IMG/VR virus record: IMGVR_UViG_3300013121_000019
Span: 68,375-132,374 of that record
Length of the DNA stretch: 64,000 bases
Strand: one strand, 5' to 3'
From: a virus
Taxonomy: Duplodnaviria > Caudoviricetes
Part shown: positions 37,263-46,924 of the stretch, piece by piece
How the letters are laid out: every line of letters begins with the position of its first letter
Position numbering within the stretch: the first letter of the stretch is position 1
Notes under the pieces: generated by a model
Seen by the model: the letters and a program-made list of their open reading frames with translations, nothing else
What the model was told of the DNA's origin: nothing
Databases searched by the model: none
Position numbers and translations under genes: made by a program

Positions 37263-38390
37263 CTAGTAGGTGCTGACGTCCGGGAACTTGAGACCCGAAT
37301 CGACGCGGTTGTTGACCGCACCGAGCTGATCCTCCGGCTTCGGAATCACCTGGTCGATGAGGCCGTCGGCGTCGAGCGAGGAAGCGTCACCCGAGTAGAG
37401 CTCGAGCTTGCGGGCTGCTGCGACGTTGACGATCGCCAGCCCGACGTCCTTCCACGCCTGGAACATGATCAGATTGGCGATCTTGTCGATGTAGAACTTC
37501 ACATCGTTCAAGATGTAGGACTTGGCGAAGAACTGCGGCGCCGTGAACGCGTACACGTTGCCAGGGCGCAGGATGTCGGTCTTGATCGTCCGGATGAACG
37601 GACGACCAAGCAGCGTCTGGTACTTGTAGCCCTCGACGGTTGTCTCCGACTGGATCTTCGAGCCGAAGTCCTCGACGGTCCAGCTGAGGATGTCGTCGAA
37701 GTCCGACTCCGTGAAGAGCAGGCGCTCGCACCGCAGGCGGTTGCCGTCGAGCAGCTTGAAAAGCTGCGTGAGGTCCGGACGCTGCATCGGGAACGGGTTG
37801 GCCGACGGAGCGCCCAGCGAGGCACGCGCCATCTCACCCTTGATGACCGAGAACTCGATCGGGCCGCCCGCCTGGAGCGACGTGTTGTTGAGGGCTGTGG
37901 CCGCGCCGTTGGCCTCCTCCTGGAGCGCCTGAACCGCAGCCTCGACGTGCAGAAGGGCCTCACGGTCCTTGATCTCCTGCATGTCCTTCACCGAGTTGTC
38001 CTCGATGATCTTCGTGATCGGCATGTCGCCGTACGCCTGGAGCTCCTGCTCGTGCTTCTCGAACTTCTGGCTCGAGATCGTGAAGAAGCCGACCGGCATG
38101 CGGGGCGCCCGGATCATGTTGACTTCCGGCTGCCCACGGAAGTCGAGGGTCATCGCGCGGCTCTGCGGCTCGAGCGACACGATCTTGACGAGCGTGTCGG
38201 TCTCGGTCGAGACCTGGCAGTCGTTGCGCGTCACGCGCTCCGGCGGGACGAGCTTGTCGAAGAAGCTGACCTCACGAAGACGATCGCGGATCCAGCTTCC
38301 ACCGTACTCGTTCAGCTTGTCACGCCCCTCCTGGGTCGCGACCTTTTGCTGAAACATCTCGTTCATCAGCTGTGCCTGGGACATGTCCAT
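37263..38390 (-). CDS. major capsid protein (HK97 fold, probable)
   Basis: 375 aa, strong codon bias, AGGAG RBS, downstream of protease/scaffold/decoration genes; IRDRLRE..LVPP..IEDNSVKDMQEIKD pattern. Confidence 0.75.
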   Translation of the reverse strand: MDMSQAQLMNEMFQQKVATQEGRDKLNEYGGSWIRDRLREVSFFDKLVPPERVTRNDCQVSTETDTLVKIVSLEPQSRAMTLDFRGQPEVNMIRAPRMPVGFFTISSQKFEKHEQELQAYGDMPITKIIEDNSVKDMQEIKDREALLHVEAAVQALQEEANGAATALNNTSLQAGGPIEFSVIKGEMARASLGAPSANPFPMQRPDLTQLFKLLDGNRLRCERLLFTESDFDDILSWTVEDFGSKIQSETTVEGYKYQTLLGRPFIRTIKTDILRPGNVYAFTAPQFFAKSYILNDVKFYIDKIANLIMFQAWKDVGLAIVNVAAARKLELYSGDASSLDADGLIDQVIPKPEDQLGAVNNRVDSGLKFPDVSTY

Positions 38391-38417
38391 GACGTTCTCC
38401 TTGCTCCTTGTCGCCGA

Positions 38418-38924
38418 CTACTTCGTCCAGGCGTACTTGAAGCGCAGCTTCTGGCCGTTCTTCGAGGGCTTCTTGGTGACGATGCCGACGACGGGCTCCG
38501 TCGACGCGGTCTTGACGAGACCGGAGAACTTCCGACCGCCGAACGAGATGACCGCGACCGAGAGCGTGTCACCGTAGTTGAAGCCACCCGCGCCGTTGAG
38601 ATCCGAGTCGAAGATCCGGGTGTTGGCCTCGTACTCGCCCATGTAGAAGACCGCAGCCTTCTTGATCGACTGGACGTCGTAGCGGCCGCGCTCGACGTGC
38701 AGGGGGTAGCTGCGGATCGTTGCGGCAGTGCCTGCCGCCTGGCTGATGTCCACAGCGCGGAGCATCTTGCCGTCGTCGTTGATCACGACCCACTCGCCAT
38801 CGACGTACACGGCCGCGTTCAGCGGCTCGAGCAGCGTCTTGTCGACCGGTGTGAACGAACGCCGCTGCACGAGCTCGACCGGCGAGATCGGCTCGAAGTT
38901 GACCTTGAACAGCGTCGAAGCCAT
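38418..38924 (-). CDS. putative capsid decoration/cement protein
   Basis: Small beta-rich gene directly upstream of MCP; VVGIVTK C-terminal motif. Confidence 0.55.
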   Translation of the reverse strand: MASTLFKVNFEPISPVELVQRRSFTPVDKTLLEPLNAAVYVDGEWVVINDDGKMLRAVDISQAAGTAATIRSYPLHVERGRYDVQSIKKAAVFYMGEYEANTRIFDSDLNGAGGFNYGDTLSVAVISFGGRKFSGLVKTASTEPVVGIVTKKPSKNGQKLRFKYAWTK

Positions 38925-38966
38925 TGCTTTCTCTCCTTGTGACGAAGCCGTTGTTCGACGGCTGAA

Positions 38967-39323
38967 CTAGATCCGACCCAGTAGGAGCTGCTCGAATGCC
39001 GAACCACCGGCACCCTCACTGCTCGTTTTGTCTTCGAGGGAACCGAGCTTCTGGAACATGCCCGGGAAGTTGTGGAAGGCGTCTTCCACGCGTTGAAGTT
39101 GCCCCTCTTCGGCAACCTTCTGTAGTTCGTCCTGCAGGACATCGAGCGACTTGTCGGTCATGCCGCGCTCGTGGATCTGGCTGGCGAGCTTCATGACCTT
39201 CTCACGCTGCTGGTACTGCGCGACCTTCTGCTCGAGCTCTTCGATCTGACCGAGCTGTCGTAGGAGAGCTGCGGACGCCTCCTTCAGTACCTGCGCGGCC
39301 TTCTCCTGGCTGATCTTGTGCAT
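38967..39323 (-). CDS. putative scaffold-like coiled-coil protein
   Basis: 118 aa, helical, several K-x-A sites. Confidence 0.6.
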   Translation of the reverse strand: MHKISQEKAAQVLKEASAALLRQLGQIEELEQKVAQYQQREKVMKLASQIHERGMTDKSLDVLQDELQKVAEEGQLQRVEDAFHNFPGMFQKLGSLEDKTSSEGAGGSAFEQLLLGRI

Positions 39324-39332
39324 GCCCTCTCC

Positions 39333-40232
39333 TCACGCCCTGACCGGCCGCATCTGTGCGGTCGGGGGCATCTGACGGTTGATCGCGGCGATCAGACTGG
39401 CGCGCTTCTCACGCATCTCCGGAGACGCATCGCTGCGAGCGCCATCCTCGGCGATCTTCATCAGCAGCGCACGACCCGCCGCGACCTTGACGTCGCTGGC
39501 GAGCTTCGCGCCGGCTGCGATCGTGCTGTCGAACGCGTGGCTGAGCGTCGAGTCGTGCACGCCAGACATCGCGGGCTCCGTGAGGTAGCGCGCGAGCTCC
39601 GCCTTCTGGGGTGCCAGAGCCTGGTCCTTCTTGTAGTTGATCGCCGCCTCATTGGACCCGATGAGTCCGCTGTTGCCGCCGAAGCCACCGATCGACTGCG
39701 CCGAGTCCATGCCGGTCGGTGCGCCGAGGTTGGGCCGGCTGGAGAGGTTGCCATCTTCGCCGTGGGCAGCCGCGTCATCACCGGCCGTCTTCAGACCGAG
39801 CCGCGCCATGTTGCGCTGCGCGAGCTTCATCGGGCTGACGCTCTGCTCCATGTTGTCCGCCAGAAGCGTGGGGCTCGCCGAGCCCGTGGCGCTCTGCAGG
39901 CCAGGGTTCTGCGGCTGGTGCACCGCCCGACCCATCGAGGTCGGGTAGGGCGCGACGTTCTGCGTGGGCTCCACCTCGAGTGCACCAGGGCCCGTACCGG
40001 GAGCAGGCATCTCCGCCACCTTGTCGAGGTTGTCGGAGAGGAACAGCAGTGCGTCACTGAGGCCGCCGATGTACTTCGCCTCGGCTGTCTTGTCGGAGCA
40101 GTCGCCCTTGCACGACTCCTTGCCGCACTTGCTGCACTTCTTCTTGTCGTCCTTGCTGGCCTCTTCGGCGAGCTTGGCCTGGCTGACACCCGCCAGCGCA
40201 GTCTTCACGAGATCCTGCAGTGTCGTCCTCAT
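39333..40232 (-). CDS. K-x-A-rich head/core protein
   Basis: About ten K-x-A sites; CxxC-x3-C-x3-C cluster. Confidence 0.7.
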   Translation of the reverse strand: MRTTLQDLVKTALAGVSQAKLAEEASKDDKKKCSKCGKESCKGDCSDKTAEAKYIGGLSDALLFLSDNLDKVAEMPAPGTGPGALEVEPTQNVAPYPTSMGRAVHQPQNPGLQSATGSASPTLLADNMEQSVSPMKLAQRNMARLGLKTAGDDAAAHGEDGNLSSRPNLGAPTGMDSAQSIGGFGGNSGLIGSNEAAINYKKDQALAPQKAELARYLTEPAMSGVHDSTLSHAFDSTIAAGAKLASDVKVAAGRALLMKIAEDGARSDASPEMREKRASLIAAINRQMPPTAQMRPVRA

Positions 40233-40241
40233 CTTCAGCTC

Positions 40242-40517
40242 CTAGACGGTGTTCCCGAGCGGCATCGCCGACGGGTTTCCGAACGGGTTGGTGGCCGGGG
40301 CCGGCGTTCCAGTGTTGACCTTCGTGGGCCCCACCGAGGCCGGCGGCATCGGCCCTTTCGCCGTGCCCTTCATCGCCGCCGGTGCCGTCTGCGTGACGAT
40401 CGAGGTCGGAACAGGTGCAGACGATGCTGTCTCGGCGACACCCGAACCGACCGCATCTGCCGCGATCTTGTTGAGCTCGTCGTAGAACGCTCCGAACATC
40501 GTCTGCACCCGGTCCAT
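40242..40517 (-). CDS. small protein with FYDELNKIA leader
   Basis: 91 aa; leader shared with the SNF2 N-terminus. Confidence 0.65.
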   Translation of the reverse strand: MDRVQTMFGAFYDELNKIAADAVGSGVAETASSAPVPTSIVTQTAPAAMKGTAKGPMPPASVGPTKVNTGTPAPATNPFGNPSAMPLGNTV

Positions 40518-40519
40518 CG

Positions 40520-41545
40520 TCAGAAGTTCCAGGTCACCGGGTAGCCAGCGCCCTCGAGGAGCTCGAGCGAGCGGATCTCGACGGCCGTCTGAACGTCACT
40601 GGCAGCGGCCATCTTGGTGTTGCTTGTGTCGTACTCGGTGAGAAGCGTGAAGAGGCGCTGACCGGCCTCATCGAGATCGTAGCCAGCCTCCGCCACCTTG
40701 CTGAGAGCCGACTCGATGGCGAACTGATCGATCGCCGATGCCTCCTTGGTCGCCTGATGCCGGTGGTGCGCGTACGCAGCACCGCCACCCGCGGCTAGGA
40801 GACCGGCGACACCTGCGCCAGTACGGTACGGATGACGGCCCATCGCGGCACCTGCGGCGCGTCCGTGCTCCGCGATGGAGTGCACGACCTTAGCCGCGGT
40901 GTCCTTGATGTCCTTGCCTGCGTCACGAACCTTGACGCCCGCGGTACCGACACGATCGCCGAGTCGCTTGTACGAGTCGTGCTTCTTGCCGATCTGCGTG
41001 GGATCGAGGTGCGTGTGCGTACCACCGTCGTGCAGCGACTGCACGTGCGCTCGGTTCTCCTGCTCGCCCCTCTGACGGAGGCGCTCGAGACGTTCCTGCC
41101 GCATGCGCTGCTGCTCTGCGGGGCCCGGAACCACGGGCTCCTCTGCCTGGAACGGCTTCGGATGCTTGCGCGCGTACGGTGCGCGAGCGGCCGCCTTGAT
41201 GCTGTAGAACTCCTCCGAAGCCTGCTTGGCCAGGCTGTCCTGGGCGCTGTTCTGCTCCGTGATCAGACGAAGCTCCTGAGCGTACGCGTGGGCCATCTTG
41301 CGGCCGCAGTAGTCCGCGTGCTCCTCGGCGCGCTTCTCGGCCTCGGTGGGGCCCTGGGGCTGGGCCGCCTGGCCGCCACCGCCCATCACGTCGTTGTAGA
41401 GCTCGTCGATCTGCTCGTCCGAGAACTGGGTCAGGTCGACACCGGCCTCGGCGGCGAGCTTTGCGAAGAACTCCTGGTTGGCAGCCTTCTCGAGATCCTC
41501 CTGCGAGACGTTCGTACCGTACTGCTGCGCGAGATACTCGTTCAT
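40520..41545 (-). CDS. K-x-A-rich head/core protein with Gly-rich TM segment
   Basis: 341 aa; GAGG RBS. Confidence 0.7.
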   Translation of the reverse strand: MNEYLAQQYGTNVSQEDLEKAANQEFFAKLAAEAGVDLTQFSDEQIDELYNDVMGGGGQAAQPQGPTEAEKRAEEHADYCGRKMAHAYAQELRLITEQNSAQDSLAKQASEEFYSIKAAARAPYARKHPKPFQAEEPVVPGPAEQQRMRQERLERLRQRGEQENRAHVQSLHDGGTHTHLDPTQIGKKHDSYKRLGDRVGTAGVKVRDAGKDIKDTAAKVVHSIAEHGRAAGAAMGRHPYRTGAGVAGLLAAGGGAAYAHHRHQATKEASAIDQFAIESALSKVAEAGYDLDEAGQRLFTLLTEYDTSNTKMAAASDVQTAVEIRSLELLEGAGYPVTWNF

Positions 41546-41620
41546 GGTGATGATCCTCGATGTCTTCTGGTGGTCTCGTGGTCCCTGAGGGGAGTCCCCT
41601 CTCCACGTCGGGCGTTGGCC

Positions 41621-43201
41621 CTAGTTGATGTGGTCCCAGTAGGACTCGATCAGGTAACTGACCGAGAGAGGGGTGAAGATGTCGACGTCGCTGGCGAGCT
41701 TGAGCAAGTCCCCATTGAGGTTTGTCTCTGCTGCTTGGGCGACGAGGTTCATCAATCCTTCCCGGTATCCGTTGTACGCAGCGCTCATCTTACGCAGTTC
41801 GTTGGAACCAAGGGAAGAGGAGGTGCTGTTTCGGCGGGACGGGTTGAGGACGATGATGGTGATGCGCTTCTCGATGTGGGGCCCGAAAGCGGAACGCTCC
41901 TCGATCATCGGAGATAGAAGTTGCGCCAGTAGCGGGCTGAAATGCCCGAGCGACATCGGCATCGGAATTGACTCCGATGTGCGCCCAAACACCTCACGCC
42001 GATGGTCTAGCCGATCTGCCAGATCGCGTCGACCAGTTCCGATCAGCATCAGCCGCTGGAACTCGCGGGGCTTCAGCACCATCCCGAGGCCGGCGGTGGT
42101 CGACAACGCCTTCTCAGGACCGCTGTGGGCCAGACGGTCGATCAGCTCATCCGGGATGTCCCGTTCGGACCCGGTGAGCCGCTGAACCGCCTGTGGTGCC
42201 CACTGGGGCGGCGTGTGCTTCTTGATCTCACCGGCTTTGATCTTGGCCTGCTTGACCGGCGCGGCGGTCTTCACCTGGTCTTCCTCCACGTACCCCATCT
42301 GTTCAGCGCGTTCAGCAGAACCGAACGTGTAGAGGCGCGTCCCCTCGTAGGCGATCTTCAGCATCGTCTTGGCTGTGCGATCGGCCCCGATGAACACGAA
42401 CGAGATATCGAAGAACGCCGGGTAGGTGTTGACGACGCCGATCTTCCGGCCATCTGGCAACACATGGTTCATCCGCCGAAGAGTGTCTTCGCAGTACTCT
42501 CGGCGGGTAATCGCCAAACCAGGGATCCCGGTGCCGTTGCGCTTCTTCAGCTCCTTGTGGAACTCGAGAACCGCCTCACCGGGATACTTGTGGCGGCGAC
42601 TGTCGAAGGTGTTGACGGCCTTCCAGTAGAGAGGCCAATCGGTGTGGATCGAGCACAGATCGAATGGCACCTTTGCGCCCATCGACGTATCTGGAAATTC
42701 ACCATTGTGAATCTTGTCCCAGACGCTCACTCCGCCGAACTCGACGCACTTCTGTCGATCGATGCGGACGACGAGCTCCACTCGGTGCATCCGCGGGTTC
42801 CACGCGGCTAGCTCGACCTCACCGAAGGCTCTCGACGGATCCTTGTTGACGTGGTGCGCGTACGGGTGCGCTCGGTAGAACGTCGGGTACCCGTACGGCC
42901 AACTCTCTGCGCGGGTACGGTCGTAGACCGGTACGCCGCGCCAGTCCGCCGGTACATGCAGCAGAGCATCTTCGGGCCAGATGTCTCCGTTGACGTTCTG
43001 GCCCCAGTACTCGCTCGACCCCATGGCGGAGACCAGCACGTACTGACTGCCCTCGCGCGGTCGCAACTGGTCGATGTAGCGGGTCACCTCATCCAGCAGG
43101 TGCGGAGCCGCGGTCTTCTCGAACACCGCGTCGGAACGGGTGAACAGCGGGAAGACCGTCGGCTGCTCCGGCAGGTTCGGCAGTAGTGCGACCTTCAGCA
43201 T
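41621..43201 (-). CDS. prohead maturation protease (clan SH, HK97/herpes-like)
   Basis: NVNGDIW, YAHHVNKD (His), DTSMGAKV (Ser), FFDISFVFIGAD. Confidence 0.75.
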   Translation of the reverse strand: MLKVALLPNLPEQPTVFPLFTRSDAVFEKTAAPHLLDEVTRYIDQLRPREGSQYVLVSAMGSSEYWGQNVNGDIWPEDALLHVPADWRGVPVYDRTRAESWPYGYPTFYRAHPYAHHVNKDPSRAFGEVELAAWNPRMHRVELVVRIDRQKCVEFGGVSVWDKIHNGEFPDTSMGAKVPFDLCSIHTDWPLYWKAVNTFDSRRHKYPGEAVLEFHKELKKRNGTGIPGLAITRREYCEDTLRRMNHVLPDGRKIGVVNTYPAFFDISFVFIGADRTAKTMLKIAYEGTRLYTFGSAERAEQMGYVEEDQVKTAAPVKQAKIKAGEIKKHTPPQWAPQAVQRLTGSERDIPDELIDRLAHSGPEKALSTTAGLGMVLKPREFQRLMLIGTGRRDLADRLDHRREVFGRTSESIPMPMSLGHFSPLLAQLLSPMIEERSAFGPHIEKRITIIVLNPSRRNSTSSSLGSNELRKMSAAYNGYREGLMNLVAQAAETNLNGDLLKLASDVDIFTPLSVSYLIESYWDHIN

Positions 43202-43204
43202 GAC

Positions 43205-44125
43205 TTACGGATTCGGCTCGTTGCGCAGGTAGTGCTTGAGGTATTCGAGAGCCTCCATGTCGCGGCGTTTGATGCCCTGAAGGTGCTCGCCTTGCAGCCT
43301 GTTGGCGACGCCTTCGCCGCGCGCAAAGTCGTGCTGAGCTGACATTTGGCGCATGTCGAGCTTATGCTTGATGCCCATGGCACGATCGCGCATCTTTTGA
43401 ACTGCCTGATCGTACGGCAACTTGCCGGCGCCCTGCGCGACTGCCTTGTCGTGGGTATGCAGAAGATCAGTCCACCGCACGTCGTCCGCCTGCTGTCCAC
43501 GTGCTTGTTCTGCCGACAGAGCGCGCGCATGCGTGAGGTTGCCAAGTCCCTGACCCTCAGCGCGCGCTCTCGCTACTGCGAACTCGTGATTTGTGGCGCC
43601 ATCCCGCTCCACATCACGCCTCATTGTCATGATGGCGTGTTGATGAGCGAGATCCTTCTGCATGAGCTTCTGCGGATCCTTGAACTGCAGACCCGTCACG
43701 GCAGAGCGGTTGAACGTCTCTCCGATTGCGTTCGGCAGGTTCCCGCTGGCGCTCAGAGCTGCGCCCACGGTGTTGGCGGCACCCTGGGGATTCGTGATGA
43801 GCGTCTTGACGTATGAGCTCGCCACCATCGGGTCGCTGGAGAACGGCTTGTTGAACGTCCGAAGAGTCGTGAACGCCTGGTTGACCAACTTCGGATTCTC
43901 CTTGGCCTGCTGCGCCAGATCTTGATCGAACGCCAGCATGCGACGGAAGTCGCGAGTCTTGGTGGCCGCATCGTAGATCTTATGAGCGGCCACGCCGATA
44001 CCGGCCACAGCCGCACCAGCGGCCCCCAGCATGGCCGATCCGGCGAGCTGCTCCGGTAGCGCCTGCCAGGCCGCCCCGGTGGCCTTGTGCATGTTCTGGA
44101 AGAAGGACGGCGTCTCGGTGGTCAT
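43205..44125 (-). CDS. putative head protein with Gly-rich hydrophobic helix
   Basis: AMLGAAGAAVAGIGVAA; located in head operon. Confidence 0.7.
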   Translation of the reverse strand: MTTETPSFFQNMHKATGAAWQALPEQLAGSAMLGAAGAAVAGIGVAAHKIYDAATKTRDFRRMLAFDQDLAQQAKENPKLVNQAFTTLRTFNKPFSSDPMVASSYVKTLITNPQGAANTVGAALSASGNLPNAIGETFNRSAVTGLQFKDPQKLMQKDLAHQHAIMTMRRDVERDGATNHEFAVARARAEGQGLGNLTHARALSAEQARGQQADDVRWTDLLHTHDKAVAQGAGKLPYDQAVQKMRDRAMGIKHKLDMRQMSAQHDFARGEGVANRLQGEHLQGIKRRDMEALEYLKHYLRNEPNP

Positions 44126-44481
44126 CAGACTGCCCCCTGCTCTACCGCCTGGCGGTACTGGTCGTAGTCACCGACTTGCTTGGCCGCGACGAGCTCACGC
44201 ATCTGACGTCGAGCTTGGCTGAACGGCACGTAGGTTGCGGCGCTTCGTAGCTTGCCCTTGTTGCGGTCGTACGCCTCTTGGATCTTGTCCTTTGCGTACA
44301 GCGCCGCTGCCACTCCCAGGACTCCCTTGACGAGCGGCTTACGATGCTTGACCGCTGTCATGAACGCATTGTCGGCGTGCTCCGCTGCTCGTTGCGCCTT
44401 CTCGGCCAGCTCAGCCGTCTTCATCATTGCGGCTGCAGCGCGTAGCACCATCAGCTGTTCCGCATGTCGAGCGAAGTCCAT
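44125..44481 (-). CDS. small K-x-A protein
   Basis: MMKTAE; GVLGVAAALY. Confidence 0.7.
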   Translation of the reverse strand: MDFARHAEQLMVLRAAAAMMKTAELAEKAQRAAEHADNAFMTAVKHRKPLVKGVLGVAAALYAKDKIQEAYDRNKGKLRSAATYVPFSQARRQMRELVAAKQVGDYDQYRQAVEQGAV

Positions 44482-45368
44482 CAGACGTTCTCCTGCAGGA
44501 ACCTACGAAGCTGGGACTCCTGCTGTGTAGTGACTTGAAGGGCCGCGCGAAGCTCTGCCAGTTTGTTCAGCGTGGACTCGTACGCGGCGAACGACTGCAC
44601 CAACGGGTGCTGCATGTTGACGAGGCCAACCGATGCCGTCTTCTGAAGCGAGTCCTCGATGTCCTCTACCGACTGGAACACGCCCTCACGTTGTAGTCTC
44701 TGCGCCGTGTACGCGAACGCGGTCTTGACCGAGGCGTCATGCGGGTTGAGTTGCGAGATGGCGGCCACCACCTGCCCGAGGGTGGTGCCGTCCATAGCGG
44801 CCTGTTTGACCTCGCTGTAGAACTCGCTGAGTCGACTGTCCCGTAGCAGCTCTACGTGCCCAGCCTGTGCCGACAGGCTATCGGCGGCCCCACTGATGTT
44901 CGTCAGGAGGTGCATCGCGTCTGCAGTGGCTTCTTTGACGGACTTCTTCTCCTCCGATGTCGGAAACAACATCCTGGCGAACGCCTCGGATGTGACCGAC
45001 GCAGTCTTGGTGCCCGGCGGCATTGCGTAGTCGTTGAGACCCGCCTCCACGGTTCTACGACCGTTCTGCTTGGCGATTTTCTTCATCACCGTGTGGGGGT
45101 CGGCGGGGCCACCTGGAAACTCGATGACCTTGTGCGCCGATCCCTCCTTGCGGAAGGCCGCATGGTAGGCCGCGAGGTTTGTCTGCTCGACGACCCGTAG
45201 GATCTGCTCTCTCGAGAGATTCGCTTCCTTGATGACGGCCAGCACCGCGGTCGTGAGATCACGGTGCTGTCCGTGCTCCCAGTTGGCCGCGGCTTGCTTG
45301 CCCATCAGCTCGAGTTGCTCGCCCGAAATGGCACCGGTACTGCCCTGGAGGCCGCGAAGAATGTCCAC
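44481..45368 (-). CDS. K-x-A-rich head protein
   Basis: GTG start after AGGAG; about nine K-x-A sites. Confidence 0.7.
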   Translation of the reverse strand: MDILRGLQGSTGAISGEQLELMGKQAAANWEHGQHRDLTTAVLAVIKEANLSREQILRVVEQTNLAAYHAAFRKEGSAHKVIEFPGGPADPHTVMKKIAKQNGRRTVEAGLNDYAMPPGTKTASVTSEAFARMLFPTSEEKKSVKEATADAMHLLTNISGAADSLSAQAGHVELLRDSRLSEFYSEVKQAAMDGTTLGQVVAAISQLNPHDASVKTAFAYTAQRLQREGVFQSVEDIEDSLQKTASVGLVNMQHPLVQSFAAYESTLNKLAELRAALQVTTQQESQLRRFLQENV

Positions 45369-45415
45369 GGATCTACGTTCTCCTCGCATCAAGAGGTACC
45401 ATGGTGTCGATAAGA

Positions 45416-46123
45416 ATGGGAAGGTCAAGTTCCAACGATTACGAGACGCTACAGGCCGCTTCCGCGCTAACCGGTGCGTCGACGCAAACGATCAAGTACT
45501 GGGTGAAAAGTGGCCTGGTGCGCAAACGCAAGGGCGGCGTTGACCGACGGCACCTGTACTCGGTCGAAGATCTCCTCGCGTTGATGGCCCAAAAGCACAA
45601 ACGACGCGTCGACCCGGTGACCGCAGCCGCCACGGCAGAGCGCGCGCTGTTGGTAGCTGAACGTGCCGATCGGCATCTTCGTGAGCTGTTGTCCGTGCTT
45701 GGGCTTGACGGCGCGGTGTTGGACGTATCCGAAGACGCAATTCGCGAATTGTACAGTCAGGCGGACCGCCTAGCCGAGAGTGACATTCGCTACGTGACGT
45801 CCATCGAGATGCTCGAGTGGGCCAAACGACTACTGAAGATGAACTCGCAGTACCTGAGGCTGGTTGAGCAGGCAACCGGTGACCCAAAACCGTGGAAACC
45901 TTTTCTTCGCCTCGTGGAGCGCCTGCTGGTGGAGTCGGAGGGCAACCTTATGCGCGAGTTTGACGCGCCAATGACGGCTGCGTTGGGCTACCTGGACTTT
46001 GCTCGTCGGGTACTGCTCGGGTCGATTGCAGAGATCCGTGGTGGCGCTGCCGAGCAGCCCGTAGGTCAGCGAACTAGAGATCATGCTGTGGATGAGCTGA
46101 TCTCGCTGATCTACCTGGTGTAG
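45416..46123 (+). CDS. MerR-type HTH DNA-binding protein
   Basis: TLQAASALTGASTQTIKYWVKSGLV..RRHLYSVEDL. Confidence 0.75.
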   Translation: MGRSSSNDYETLQAASALTGASTQTIKYWVKSGLVRKRKGGVDRRHLYSVEDLLALMAQKHKRRVDPVTAAATAERALLVAERADRHLRELLSVLGLDGAVLDVSEDAIRELYSQADRLAESDIRYVTSIEMLEWAKRLLKMNSQYLRLVEQATGDPKPWKPFLRLVERLLVESEGNLMREFDAPMTAALGYLDFARRVLLGSIAEIRGGAAEQPVGQRTRDHAVDELISLIYLV

Positions 46124-46165
46124 CCACCTGGGTGTCCCAAAAGTGCCAAATTGGCCACTCACCCT

Positions 46166-46183
46166 GGCATAAGAATAGTGAAG
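46166..46183 (+). promoter_or_regulatory. phage promoter motif GGCATAAG-N6-GAAG
   Basis: Exact motif followed by a GAAGAACG..CGTTCTTC 5' hairpin. Confidence 0.7.
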
Positions 46184-46248
46184 GGAAGAACGACCCACCG
46201 ACGTCGGGGCCGTTCTTCTCCCCACCACCCTTTCACCAGGAGATCACC

Positions 46249-46827
46249 ATGGCAACGCACGAGCTCGACATCAACAACACCCTCGCCAAGCGCCTCAACC
46301 TCGCCGGCAAGACCAAGGAGGAGCAGGAGAAGCTCATCATCGAGGCGCTCGAGGCGCAGGCCAGCCGCGCCGCGGCCGCGCCCGCCGCCACGACGCCGGA
46401 CCCCCAGATCGCCACGGTCCTCGCGGCGATGGCACAGCAGCAGGCCGCGGCCGACCGCCGCGCCGAGCAGGCGCAGGAGCGGTTCGAGGCCGCGATGACG
46501 GCGATGACCGCCGGCCGCACGCAGCCGCAGGGGCCCGGCATCGTCGCGTCGGTCGGCAACTTCACCCGCGACGTCGCGATGGAGGCGGCCCACGAGAACT
46601 GGCGGAGCACGCCCTACGACACCCCGGTCGGCGACTGGGCCCGCCCAGTGACGATCCACGCGGTCGCGTCGGGAGCACAGATCGCTCTCGCCACGGCCGT
46701 CGCGGTCGGCACCGTCGTCGCCGTGAACGCCGCGACCCGCGCCTACACCGGCAAGGGGCTCCTCGGCCACATGGGGATCGGGTCCGAGGCCGGCAGCATG
46801 ACGGTCGCCGCGACCGTCACCGAGTAG
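46249..46827 (+). CDS. Ala-rich membrane-associated hypothetical protein
   Basis: AGGAG RBS; very high GC; C-terminal hydrophobic helix. Confidence 0.75.
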   Translation: MATHELDINNTLAKRLNLAGKTKEEQEKLIIEALEAQASRAAAAPAATTPDPQIATVLAAMAQQQAAADRRAEQAQERFEAAMTAMTAGRTQPQGPGIVASVGNFTRDVAMEAAHENWRSTPYDTPVGDWARPVTIHAVASGAQIALATAVAVGTVVAVNAATRAYTGKGLLGHMGIGSEAGSMTVAATVTE

Positions 46828-46877
46828 GCCCAGCACGGGCCGCTCGGGAGTCGGCCCCTGTGGCGGCCCGGGTGACG

Positions 46878-46913
46878 GAGAACTGCAGCGCGAAAGCGTA
46901 GCGGTTCTCTTTC
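46878..46913 (+). terminator. intrinsic terminator
   Basis: GAGAACTGC..CGC-GAAA-GCG..GCGGTTCTC then TTTC. Confidence 0.6.
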
Positions 46914-46924
46914 ACTAGCTACTG

